A DNA stretch of 64,000 bases from Camelus ferus (lineage: Eukaryota). The position numbers and the translations under genes were made by a program. The notes under the pieces are model-generated. The model saw only the letters and a list, made by a program, of their open reading frames with translations. It did not search any database and was not told where the DNA came from. Location: contig NC_045696.1 in the NCBI RefSeq assembly GCF_009834535.1, positions 93,312,001 to 93,376,000 on the forward strand, in the 5' to 3' direction. Shown here piece after piece: positions 1 to 12,080 of the stretch; positions within the stretch are counted from its first letter, which is position 1, and every line of letters starts with the position of its first letter.

Positions 1-168
1 ATCACTACTTTTCAGTCTCCTTTGTTGATTCTTCCTTATATTTCTGAACTCTACCCATTGGAGTTCTCCTGGGTTCAGTTCTCTGACCTCTTCCTTTCCT
101 ATTTCAATCCTACATGAATTCACTCAGTTTCAAGATTTGGACATCATCTGTATAATGATGTCTGCCAG
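1..168 (+). mobile_element. LINE-2 (L2) fragment
   Basis: L2-like text 'cttttcagtctcctttgttgattcttcc...ggagttctcctgggttcagttctctgacctcttcc'. Appears to continue at about 1460. Confidence 0.65.
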
Positions 169-171
169 TTG

Positions 172-350
172 CAGGACAGAGTGTTAAAGCCATAAGCTCT
201 GGAACTGGACTACCTGACTTTGAAACTTGCCCTCCATCACTTACTAGCTCTTTAAATATAGGCAGAATAGTTAACTTCTTTGTGCCTCATTTTCCTCATC
301 TACAAAGTGAGGATAATTATAGTACTTATCTACCAATTTTGTGAGAATTT
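172..350 (+). mobile_element. MIR SINE
   Basis: MIR core 'gctctggaactggactacctgactttgaa...ttaacttctttgtgcctcattttcctcatctacaaagtgaggataat'. Confidence 0.85.
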
Positions 351-524
351 GTATTAGCCAAACTTTACCTGGAAAACATAAACCACTTTAAGTATTTACA
401 ACAAAGGGAACTTAATGCATTTGTTAGTAACACAACTGATTAGAAGAGTTGAGAAGCCAATCAAAGGCTAATGAGGAAATCCAAATATAGTAACAACAAT
501 GATCTACTACCACTACCTGGAGGG

Positions 525-1445
525 ACAAAGCAAGACTTACTATAAAACTATAATATTCAAGACAGTGTGAAATTGCCATGAGAATACACATGCAGATCAA
601 TGCAATGGAACAGAGAATCCAAAAATAGTCCCTCACATCAATGGTCAATTGAATTTTGAAAAAATGTGCCAAAATAATTTAATGGGGAAAGTAAATTATT
701 TTCAACAAATCATACTAGAAACCTGTATATCCACTTGGCAAAAAATAAACTGCATACCACATATAAAAACTAACTTAAAATAAATCACAGAGATACACTT
801 GAAAGTTAAAACTATAAAACGTCTAGAAGAAAACATAGGAAAAAGTTTTTGCAACCCTAGGGTAAGCAAACATGTTTTGGACATAAAAAACACAAACCAG
901 AGAAGAAATCTGATAAATCAGACTTCAACAAAATTAAAAGTTCTGCTCTTCAAAATAAAAGGCAAATGACAGACTGAGAGAAAATATTTCCTATGTATAT
1001 ATCTTATGAAGGATTAATATCCAGAATGTAGTAAGAACTTTTACAACTCAGTAATAAAAAGGCAAACACTACCGAGCAATAAAAGGAAATGACCTACAAA
1101 TACAACATAGATGAAATCACAAAAATCTTGCTCTGGGTGAAAGAAATCAATCCAAAAGATTACATACTATATGATCACATGTATCTGAAACTCTTGAAAA
1201 GACAAATCCAAAGTTACAGGCACAGAGAGCAGAACAGTTGTTGCCTGGGATGTGCGGTGACTGAGAAGTAGACCAGAACAGGGCCCAGGGGAAATTTTGG
1301 AGATGACAAAAAACATTTTATATCTTGACTGCAATGGTAGTTACACCAGTATATAATTTGCTAAAACTCATTAAACTAAACACTTTAAATTGGTGCATTT
1401 TATTATTTGAATTATACCTCAATGAAGTTGATTTTTTAAATTAAA
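525..1445 (+). mobile_element. Old L1 (L1M/L1ME-like): ORF2 C-terminal remnant plus 3' UTR
   Basis: ORF2-type text 'aagacttactataaaactataat...ggaacagagaatccaaaaatagtccctcac...aaaactataaaacgtctagaagaaaacatagga'. Ends with an L1ME-like tail 'attatacctcaatgaagttgattttt'. Confidence 0.85.
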
Positions 1446-1459
1446 AAGAATTTAATATG

Positions 1460-1655
1460 TCTGAACATGATTTTTAAATTTTTCCTGAAAACCTGCTGCT
1501 CTCACAATCCTCCCCATCTCAATATACAACAAATCTATTTCTCCAGTTGCTCAGGCCATACATATTGGAGTCTTTCTTGACTCTTCTCTTTCTCTTACAT
1601 CTCACCTCCAATCCATTAGCAAACTCCATCAGCTCTGCCTTCAAAATACATCCTG
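1460..1655 (+). mobile_element. L2 fragment, 5' of the L1 insertion
   Basis: 'ccagttgctcaggcc...ttggagtctttcttgactcttctctttctcttacatctcacctccaatcc...ctctgccttcaaaatacatcctg'. Confidence 0.85.
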
Positions 1656-2190
1656 TTAGTGGGAATGTAAATTGGTGCAATCACTGTAGAAAACAGTCTA
1701 CTAATTTGTAAATACATGTGTATCCATGCTCACTGTAGCATATTTACAACAGCCAAGATAGGGAAACAACCCAAGTGTTCAACAATGGGTGAATAATGGA
1801 TAAAGAAGTTGTAAAGTTGTAAAGAACTCCCAGTTCTCTTTTCATCCCAGTGCCTTAACAAAATCTCAACTTAATCAAGTCATATATACAATGGAATGTT
1901 ATTCAGCCATAAAAAAGAATGACATCTGGCCATTTGCTACAATACAGATGGAACTTAAAGGCATTATGCTAAGTGATTAAAAGACAGAGAAAGACAAATA
2001 CTGTATGATGTTTCTCATATGCGGGATTTAAACAAAACAAACAACAACAAAACTTTGCTTAGATACAGAGAACAGATTGGTGGTTGCAAGAGGCAGGTGA
2101 TGGGCAGGTAGGAGAAATGGGTGAACTGTTTGGTTTTTTTTTAAGTTTAAATAAATTGAATAAATATTTTAAAATGTAAAGTATATGTAT
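1656..2190 (+). mobile_element. 5'-truncated L1 3' end inserted into L2
   Basis: 'gggaatgtaaattggtgcaatcact...acaacagccaagatagggaaacaacccaagtg...cattatgctaagtga...gatacagagaacagattggtggttgc'. Degenerate TSD ending in 'atcctg' (1650-1655 / 2193-2198). Confidence 0.9.
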
Positions 2191-2192
2191 GT

Positions 2193-3053
2193 ATCCTGAA
2201 TATGATCACTTCTCACCTCCACCAGAACTAAACTGGCTCAAGCTACCATTGTTTTTGCCTGGATTATCTCAACAGCCTCCTGAATAGTCTCTTTTATTTT
2301 TGCCCCCTTCCTTTCCTGCCTCATATTCCTCAGCAGCAGCCAGGCCATTCACGGTACTGTTCAGCTCAGAACTCTGTTGGTAACTTGTCTCATCCAGAAT
2401 AAGAGGCAACTTTCTCACAATGGCCTGCTAGGCTTGGCCCTCACCATCCGCCCTCTCTCTCTCCTCATCCCCTCTAATCCCTCAGTGATCCCTACACCAG
2501 CTCCGCTGAACTCCTTGCTGTTCCCCAGACACACCAAGGACACTCTCGGATCAAGGTCTTGGCGATTGCTCTTGGTGATTGCTCCTCCCTGAAGGAGGAC
2601 CACCCTTCCCATATGTCTGCACAACTGTGCCACTCGCTTCTTTCAGGCTGTCCTCAGGGAAGCCTTCACCAACCATCTCAAATCAAATAGCACTCCCAGT
2701 ACTCACCATTCTTTTTCCTAGCTTTCTTCATTTTTTTCATTTTTTCCCCTTGCTTTATTTTTATTCTCAGCCCTTATAAATCCCAGGCATGTATTTATTT
2801 GTTTAATTGCCTTTTTTTTGTCTTTTCCTCATATGAAAATTAATTTTGTTTCCTGTTATATCTCTAGCACTTGGAAGGTCCACTCAGTAAATGTTTATTA
2901 TTTTATTATTCGTACATAACATATAATTTATTTTTACATTTTATATTTAATATAGAAATACATTAAATAAAAAATATATTTACACATATGTCATATTATT
3001 ATTTATTACTATTAAATAAGCATATAAAAAACTATTTTTAATGAATGAATGAA
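2193..3053 (+). mobile_element. L2a 3' portion, resuming after the L1
   Basis: 'cacttctcacctccacc...cctggattatctcaacagcctcctgaatagtctc...cagggaagccttc...cactcagtaaatgttt' and a terminal 'aatgaatgaatgaat'. Confidence 0.85.
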
Positions 3054-5109
3054 TAGCTTTTCTCTGCAGTCACTATGCACACATGTCCAACTTCTGTCTT
3101 CTCCCTTTTTGGTGTAGAAGTTTAATTTTTCCTCCATGATGATTCCCTGAAACAATCATCTGTTTCCTTTGTCTCTTTGACTGTGTCCATCTGAGTCAGC
3201 AAACACAAGGCATGAGCCCTGTCAGTCCCTCCCTGAGTCCATGGAGAACAAAAATAACCCATCCTGGTTTTTTCCCACTGAGCCAGTGTATTTTACCATT
3301 CTGCTCAACACAGAACTCCAGGCAGCCACTTCTAATAGATGGGATTTGACTGGAAATATGAAACCTGTTTGTTATCCTGGATGTAAATTTAAACTTTCTT
3401 TGGTTGTTGTTTTAGGCTTGATTTCCAAGCTGACCAAGAGACATGGATGCATGGGGTAAAATGGAAATCACATGCTCTTTAAAGTTCTTCCAATTTTGTT
3501 AGGAAGGACCAAAGCGGCAAAGAGCATGTTAAGTAATGAGTACTGCATATTTTATTAAGACTCTAGAGGGCTGGCTTAAAATTAAAACTCCCAGTACGCC
3601 TTCATCTCTTCCTTAACAACATCTCAACTTAATTGAGTCATATTCCTTCTTAGCCTCTTGAAGCCTCATCAGTCACAGATCTCCAAGTCATGTACAGAAA
3701 ATCTTACAAATTGTTTGCTTCTTTGTTTATAAGGAGAGCCCTTTACGGACACAGCCCTGTGCCTCATCTGAAGTGAGACAGATGGTACAAGGCCAGGGAA
3801 ACATCATTTCTAACCTCTTGCTCCTAAAATCAAATTGGTAACTATGGTCCTTATTTCTAATGAGGTCCTTAGACGTAAAGTAAGATATTTACTATTACTA
3901 AGAGATCACTGGGATAGGAAAAGCATACCTGGAGGAAAAAATAAATCTCAGCAAACAGGTCATGCACATTCTGCCATGTGTCTGGGACTCAGGAATTTAC
4001 TGGTGGTAAGTTTCTCTGATGGCTGGGGAACACACCGGCCCAAATTCTTTGTACTTCCTCATTACTATTTACGGTCATGACACACTGGCAGTTGCTGGAT
4101 AGGTAAAGTGTTCCTCTACTAATTCCACTCCAAAGACAGTTCCTCAAAACTGAATTTTACTGTTGAGAGGAGACATGTTTCTTATACAGGTCTTTGAAGG
4201 TCATCTTTTTCCTTGTGTACTTTCTAATGATCTGTAGCCTGATTTTTTACGGCAATTGGCTGAGTTTTCTCTATACATTGAGATATTACTCTAATTTTGA
4301 ATTTGTTTGTATCTTTGGTTTAAGAAATATCTCCCAATGCCAGTATAACTACTTCCAATTCACCTCAAGTTTATTCTGGTCCAAGGGAAGAAAGTTATAC
4401 ATGGGATTTTAATTAATGTTTTAATTAGCTTTTCGGTGGTTACTGACTGCCGATAGATTAATTTTTTAATAGAATAAAGGTATTTTTTTTCATTGTATTC
4501 ATTACAAACTGAATGCTCTTTTTGAAGTGCCCACAATTGCTCCATAGTTGCATCTTCTTATTGATTTAATGTGTTATGTCAGCCTTGAAGAATTGATAAA
4601 ATGTTTTAACATCAATAGGAAACAGTGCTTAACAGACAAGTAGAGCCTTTCAACATTGAATTGTCTCTTCTTCTGTCCTTAAACTTTAAAAACATAATCT
4701 CTTCCAAAAAGGTGTTGGATAAACTGGACAACCACATGCAAAATAATCAAACTGGACCACTTTCTAAGCCATACCAAAAAATCTCAAAATGGATTAAAGA
4801 CTTAAATGAAAGACCTGAAACCACAAAACTCCTAGGGAAAAAAAAAAAAAAAAACATAGGCAGTAAGCAATCTGACATAAGTCTTAGCAATAATTTTTTA
4901 GATCTATCTCCTCAGGCAAGGGAAACAAAAGCAAAAATAAGCAAATGGGACTACCTCAAACTAAAAAGCTTTTGCTTGCAAAGGAAACCATCAACAAGAC
5001 TAAAATGCAGCCTAATGAATGGAAGATGATATTTGCAAATGATATGTCTAATAAAGAGTTAATGTCCAAAATTTATTTTTAAAAAACTCATACAACTCAG
5101 TATCCAAAA

Positions 5110-5220
5110 AGGAGAAAGAGAAGAGGAGGAGAAGGAGGAATAGGAAGAAGAAGAAGAAGGAGGAGGAGGAGGAGGGGAAGGGAAGGGTGAAGGGGAAGGG
5201 GGAGGAGAAGGAGAAGAAAG
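5110..5220 (+). repeat. Polypurine (GGA/GAA/GGGAA) low-complexity tract inside L1
   Basis: About 110 nt of almost exclusively A/G. Confidence 0.95.
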
Positions 5221-5683
5221 AAACCAATTAGATTAAAAAATGTACAGAGGACCTGAATAGAAAATTTTCCAGAGAAAACCTATGGATGGCCACAGACACA
5301 TGAAAAGAAGCTTAACATCACGAATTATCAGGGAAATGCAAATCAAAACCACAGTAAGTTATCACCTCACACCTGTCAGAATGGCCATCATCAAAAAGAC
5401 AAAACAACAAGTGCTGGAGAGGATATGGAGAAAAGGGAAACTTTGTGCACTGTGGTGAGAATGCAACTAGAGCAGTCATTATGGAAAACAGTATGGAGGT
5501 TCCTCAGAAGATAAAAAATAGGACTACCATACAATTCAACAATTCTACTTCTGGGTATTTATCCAAAGAAAATGAGAACACTAAATTGAAAAGGTACATG
5601 CACCCCAATGTTCATAGCAGCACTATTTACAATAGCCAAGATATGGAAGCAACCTAAATGTCCATTGACAGGAGATGCATTAT

Positions 5684-5686
<3 letters not shown>

Positions 5687-5713
<27 letters not shown>
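5687..5713 (+). repeat. (CA)n microsatellite
   Basis: Read directly from the sequence. Confidence 0.97.
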
Positions 5714-5717
<4 letters not shown>

Positions 5718-6353
5718 GAAAATTACTCGACCATAAAAAAGGAATGCAATTTTTCCATCTGTGACAGTGTGGATGTATTTAGATGGTATTATGCTAAGTG
5801 AAGTAAGTCAGACAGTCAAAAACAAATACTGTATGATTTCACTTACATGTGGAATCCAAAAACCAAAACAAATGAAGAAACATAACAAAGCAGAAATGAC
5901 TCATATATACAGAGAACAAAATGGTGATTGCCAGAATGGAGGGGGAGGATGGATGGGCAAAGTAAGTGAAGAGGATTAAGAAGTACACACTTCTAGTTAT
6001 AAAATAAATACGTCACGGGGAAGTAATACGTACAGCATAGAGAATAGGGTTAGTAATACTGTAATAGCTTTGTATGGTGAGAGATGGTAACCAGATTTGG
6101 GTGATCATTTTGTAATATAAAAAGTATCAACTCACTAGGTAGTACACCTAAAATCAAGATGATATTATAAATGAATTATACTTCAATAAAAAAACTTGTC
6201 TATATTCTCATATAAAACTCACACTATGAGTTTTAATTTTATTGGTCTTTATAACAATAGGCATTTTAATTTGACCTATTAGAATTCCATTAAAATGCAG
6301 TTTGTTGTTACACAGTTTCTACCACAGTTTTGAATGGATAAATTTGATATTCA

Positions 6354-6590
6354 AATAATAATCATTTATTAATTGTTTGCTATGTCTAGGCACTGAGATG
6401 AACTCTTTCCATGAATTAATTCCTTTAATCCTCATTTTATGAGGTAGATACTACTATTGTTCTCTTCATTTTACAGAAGAGGAAGCAAAGGCACAGAGAG
6501 GACAAGGAATTTGCCCACATCACATAGCCAACTAGTGGTGGAAGTGGGATTTTAACCCTCACAACCTGGACAATCTTTTGCCTCTTGTAC
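6354..6590 (-). mobile_element. MIR SINE
   Basis: 'cattttacagaagaggaagcaaaggcacagagaggacaaggaatttgcccacatcacatagc' is the reverse MIR core. Confidence 0.88.
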
Positions 6591-9159
6591 ACACCCTATA
6601 GTATGTTTCTCATGTCACTTACACCCTGTGGCATCAGTCATGCTCCCATGCTTGTGCACGTGGTACACTTTGGGGTAACATATTCTTAACCTCTTCAGTT
6701 CTTTTAACTACTTGGCTTCTGACAGATGGGCTGCAAGGGCCTCCATGAGCAGATACAAAACTTTTAAGGACAAAAACAAACAGACACTTCCAAACCCTAA
6801 GCATTCAAATCCTTGTGGCAGTAGTCTTCCCAAAGACCAGCATGGGACAAGCATACAGTAGACTAAATCAATGTAGATGCTGCTAAGATGTCCACAGCTA
6901 CACTGGCCAGAGGGGCAGAATCTGTGCTTGGTCTTCACATAGGCTTTTCTGTGGAATTGCCACTGTTCCCATGATTTGCAAAAATCTGATACCTGATGTC
7001 TGCTAATCTGACACCACCTGGTTTCTACTTTGTCTCTACTTTTGCCTACAAATTTCCCAGTTCCTTATTTGCTTCACCCTGGAACCGGGTTTCAGGAGAA
7101 CAAATCATGAGCCCATCACAGTTAATCTCTGGCCACTGCGCAGGCACAGTCAGCACAACAGACACTTTCTGTCAATATAGCCCCGTTTTATTTGTCCTCT
7201 CCACTGGCAGGCATGTGGCTGCCACACCTAGGTTACACACCCAGGTGCTGTATTTCCTCTCGGAGCCAGGAGCAGAGACACGAATATCACAGACACACTG
7301 CTCCATCTTTCAGGAAACTTATTCTCTCATCATCAGCCCCTCAGGTCATACCTAACAAGCCCAATCTTTTTCCTGCCAGACAGCCTCCAACTTCCAGCTA
7401 TTACATTCAGTGGGTCTAGTTTCTCTAAGTTAAGAAATGTGAGTTTTTCAGATACTTTTCATGTGGCAAGGTTTTCAGTAGCTTCACAGCTATTTCTGTG
7501 CTTCCAAAGATATTTGCTACAATTCCGCTCTACCTCCTAACAGCATTACTTCTACATAAGTAGGGACATTTTTATTTATCATTATATAAAATTGTCTCCA
7601 TTTATGGTTTATATTCATAGCAAATGCATCTTTATAGGAAATCTATCCTTTTAACAAATATTCCTGTTTCTATTTTATACTAAATTCCTCAGTCCAAATC
7701 ACCAAATCAAGGCAATATCAGTACACAAAGTATCAACAAAATAGCCACATGTTAATAATATCAATTCCAGCAGAAAAAAGTAAAATAATATCAGCATGTA
7801 AGACTAAGGCTGAATGGCATTAATGTTGCCCTCTCTTTACAACTTTACTGCCCTCTTCTCAGACTACCGGCCTTATTTACCACTTTTGGGCAAACAACAT
7901 GAATCATTACATATACCGAATTAAGCAGGGGCAGGGGGTATTTAGAAGAGCATGAAGTGATATTCTAGCAGCATAGATATGTCAGTGTAGGGAAGATTTC
8001 AAGGCTCCAAGTAAATTTTAACAGTTAATAATACTTTCAAAGAAATGAAACTGAACTACTTACAAACAAGAGCCTGTGTAGTATAAACTCCCTCAAATTC
8101 ATACACTGTACATCCTTGTATATACACTTGTCACAAATCCCTCACTGTGTCTCCAGCCACTGCAGGCACAAATTCCTGTCAAACAAGGAATCCCACTCCG
8201 TGATTTCCAGCAATGACAATCAACAACCCCAATTCATGCTCAGGGAGGGGCCACAGCACTGTTCTCAGCACTAAAAACCCCACTGCTTTTCTATTCCCAC
8301 CACATTCCACAGAGCCCCAACTCACGTTTTCTGAGTTGTTTCCAAGAATGTCTTCGTGTTCTTATCTCGGTGTCCCCTGAGGTTGGAAATACACCGCCTG
8401 GCACTCTCACTCCCGCAGACAGACAGCTGAACTGTCATTGGAGCAGTCTTCCTTTCTTGGCCCTCTCCATCCTCGCTTGTCATCACACCTCCTCAACTCT
8501 AGTTCAGGTGTGCACTTCCCTGAAGACCCACGTGTCCTATTTCTTTGCCTCAGCACTGCTCGCTTTCCTGAGCTTCAGAACTTGAAGGCTGGCTGCTGAG
8601 AGAGGGTCTTGGCAGACTGCTCTCTGGGATTCCGACCTTCCCTATAAGCAGGCTTTGGTGAACAGCTCTTACAAGTTGCCTAATGTAAGCACTTTGTGGC
8701 AGTAGTTTCACTCTCCTATTATTATTTTTAATCTAAAGCATTTTTTTCAAAACAAAATCGTATGGAGAAATTCAAAATATTAAAGATATAAAATCAAGAG
8801 GGCAGATTTGGATGTAGGGAGCTGAAGTCCTATTTGCCTCATCTCCTGACCAATAGTGCTCCATGGAAGGGATCTTGGGAACATTCTTTGAAGAAAAACA
8901 TCTTAACAGGCACCCTGTTAAGCCAATATAAAGTCTCTTTCCCTCCCTCCTTCCCTCCCTCCCTTCCTTCCTTCATTCCTTCCTTCGTCCATAAAGCTCC
9001 ACTTTCCCCTTATAGCTCTAAAATTCCTCTCCAGCTTATTCTGAAAACATTTTCTTATCCTTCTCTTCTTTGTTAGTGGATTCTTTAGCCTTTCCTTTGA
9101 CATTCCACAAAAACACTGATTTTTACTGAATTCAGAACATTTCCCTATACAATCCTTCC

Positions 9160-9510
9160 AATAGTGAAGGATGTGAGCTGTGGCCAAATCTAGGGAGCCA
9201 TGTTCCAGGTGGGGAGGTGCTCTTGGGCAAAGGCCTCCAGGTGGTGATGCACTGGGCAAGGTGAAGGAACAGCAAAGAAGGTAGAGTGGATGGAGGGATG
9301 CAAACTAAGTTGAAAGTAGATGAGTTCAGAGAAACAGAGAGGTCAGTCTTGCAGGGCTTATAAACTGCTACAAGGACCTTGGCTTTTGTTCTGAGTAAGA
9401 ATGAGAGTCACTGAAGAGTGCTGAGGATTACATGCTCTGGTTTATACTTGTCAAAGACCACCTGGCTGTTGGATGTGCAGTGTGGAAGCAGGGAGGCCTG
9501 GTTTAGGGGC
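9160..9510 (-). mobile_element. L2 fragment
   Basis: 'atgttccaggtggggagg...gcaaaggcctccaggtgg...gaaggaacagcaaagaagg...aaggaccttggcttttgttctgagtaagaatgagagtcactgaagag'. Confidence 0.8.
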
Positions 9511-10721
9511 TACAACTTTAGAAAATCCTTGAATTTTTAATTTATTTCCACTAGTACATGGTTGACCTCTTACTTTCTGGGCCCTGGGTTAGGTGCTAAG
9601 GAGATGATGGTTAACAAGGTTTGGGGATCAGTCTCTTTCCACACCAAGACTTTCTAATAGTTTATAGACCTGTATACATTCAGTAGTTCTAATTTTTTTT
9701 CTTTTTAATCCTGTTTCCCACTTCTAGGGAAAAATGGCCACAAAAGTTTCTCTTCTTATTTTAATTAAGAAATCTTTTAATATACTCAACTGCTCTAGAA
9801 AGTCTGCCCACATCTCTTAGATAATCTAATTTCCTGACACTGGTGGCTTGATGAGATTGCCCAAGATGATCTGCTCTAGCAGTTTAGATAACATTATTCC
9901 TGTAAGAGGCAAGAAATCCATTGCCTAACACAGGGTTACAAGGTTGATAACCTCATGTGGTTAGCCAAACTTGTCAAGTTCCTACTTTGATCCCCATGGG
10001 AGGAGATGAAACCTTTGTAAGATAGAAGTCATTAGACTGGAGTTTGCAGCTTCATCATTCATTTCATAAGTCTGGACTTACTACCCAAATTTCTTAATCT
10101 GTTTCACCCTTAGCTTCTTCCTCTGGGACACGGGAACTCCTTAGGTTTTCTTTTCTTGCTAATAATGAGGTTAAATAGGTCCCTGCAGAGGTTGGCCAGC
10201 CTGTTCTGGCCAAGATTCTACCCAAGATCTCTATAAGGCCAGGAAAACCCTGGAGAGAGACTCTAAATCCATTAACAGATTCTGCAGAGATGCTAAAAAC
10301 TGCCTTCATGGTCCCAACCTCACTAATGCTACCGGGAACAAAGTATAGGAGACAGGGCTGTATCAGGAGAGGGAAATCCTTAACTGTGCATCGACCAGCA
10401 GGAAGAACGTGTCCCAGCGGGCATAGTCTTTGTCATTCATTACCATTGATTTTTAACAATTTTACTATGTGTCATATAGCAAATAGTAGTTTGACTCCTC
10501 TGTTTTTATTGCCTTTTAGGTTCCTACATGTAAAATAAACAAACAAACAAAGAGCAACAGAAAATAAAACCTAACCAAATTAATCTAACAAGTGTTTATT
10601 GGGTACCCTTTGGGCACATATGAGCATGAGTACCAGAGCTGACACTAGGATTTCTGTGATGCTGGTTTATGAGTGATTAGCTATTAATAAATTCCCTTGT
10701 CAGGTATAAGAATGAAGGAAG

Positions 10722-11076
10722 TTTGTTTACTATGTAAGTCTACATCTGTTCTGTAAATAAGTTAATTTGTATCTTTTTTTGAGATTCCACATATAAATGA
10801 TATCATATGATAAAAAACAAACTTAGAGTTACCAAAGTGGGGGAAGGAACGATAAATTAGGAGTTTAGAATTGACACATTAGATACACACTACTATATAT
10901 AAAATAGATGAACAGCAAGGATCTGTATAGCACAGGGAACTATATTCAGTATCTTGTAATAACCTATAATGGAAAAGTATCTGAAAAGAATACATATATA
11001 TGTAAATGTATTACTGAATCACTTTGCTGTACAACATAACATTGTAAATCAACTATATTTTAATAAAAGGAAATAA
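10722..11076 (+). mobile_element. 5'-inverted (twin-primed) L1 3' end, cetartiodactyl type, with 14-bp TSD
   Basis: About 10722-10810 is antisense L1 ('agattccacatataaatgatatcatatga'). About 10811-11076 is the sense 3' UTR ('tgtatagcacagggaactatattcagtatcttgtaataacctataatggaaa'). TSD aagaatgaaggaag (10708-10721) / aagaacgaaggaag (11077-11090). Confidence 0.9.
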
Positions 11077-11301
11077 AAGAACGAAGGAAGAAGAAACTAG
11101 GAAAATACTGTACCATATCCTTTCATGAAAAAATGAATGTGTTTGCTGAAAAGACTCATAGTCTTGTTCAGTACTGATTCATGTAATTAAAATCACAATG
11201 CCTCTTAGAAGTCTGTTAGAGGAAATCGTGTGTTGATTAGATTGAAAATAGGTTTTACAGTAATACTAAGGAATATATCAATACAAGGAAGGTTTAGAAT
11301 A

Positions 11302-11702
11302 TGTATCTAATGGTCTTAATTTTGTCCCTCCCCAAATTCACATAACCCCAGTACTTCTGACTGTATTGGGAGATAGAGCCTTTAGAGAGATGGTTAAGTT
11401 GAATTAAAATAAGGCTGTTAGGGTGGGCCCTAATCCATTCTGACTGGTATCCTTATTAAAAGAGGAAATTTGGACACACAGAGAGACACCAAGGGCGTAT
11501 GTGCCCAGATGGGTGTTTACGTGAAGAGGTAGCAAGGAGGCGGCCGTCTGCAAGCCAAGAAGAGAGACTTCAAGAGAAACCAGCCCTGCCGGCCACTTGA
11601 TCTTGGACTTTCATCCTCGGGAACTGTGAGAAAACAGATTTCTTTTGTTCAAGCCACACAGACTGTGGCATTTTGCTATGGCAGCCTTAGCAAACTAATG
11701 CA
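11302..11702 (+). mobile_element. MaLR solo LTR (MLT1A/B-like)
   Basis: 'gtccctccccaaattcac...gggtgggccctaatcc...tcttggactttcatcctcgggaactgtgagaaaa...tatggcagccttagcaaactaatgca'. Confidence 0.92.
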
Positions 11703-11954
11703 ACATAGTGAGGAAAAGCCAGCACTTGGATGATAGAAAATTGAGAGGGCTTTAGGAATGCTGAGTGTAAGAAATGGAATTAAACTGAAGGAAACCCTCC
11801 CTCCCCACCTAGATACATCTATGCTTATTCTGCCCACTAATGTATGTCTGTGTCTATAGCTGTATCTCCAGTGCCCTGCCGATATGTAAAGAGGAAATGC
11901 AATTAAAACAATGTCCTGAGTACTGATGTTTAAAAATAGACACCTGGTTAAGAG

Positions 11955-12080
11955 TAACCCTCCAATTTCACAAAGAAACTTTCCTCAGAAGAGTTAAGCA
12001 ACTTGCCCAGTGTCCCTCAGCAAGCAAATGGCAGAACAAGGGTCACTCCTGACTTCAGGTTCAACGCTGCTTCTCTGCTA
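11955..12080 (-). mobile_element. MIR fragment
   Basis: 'gaaactttcctcagaagagttaagcaacttgcccagtgtccctcagcaagcaaatggcagaac'. Confidence 0.7.

Larger units (their letters stand above)
4710..6193 (+). mobile_element. 5'-truncated L1: degenerate ORF2 C-terminus, 3' UTR and short A tail
   Basis: ORF 4625..5029 contains the ORF2p motifs 'ISKWIKDLNERPETTKLL' and 'KAKISKWDYLKLKSFC'. ORF 5761..5979 has 'IMLSEVSQ'. Ends 'tatacttcaataaaaaaa'. Confidence 0.95.

Noticed and set aside
8050..8900. Possible ancient LTR or hAT remnants (also 14870-15420, 24725-24990, 49000-49220, 53795-54085, 56660-56880)
   Set aside because: They look repeat-derived, but I cannot assign a family or boundaries by eye. A Dfam search is needed.
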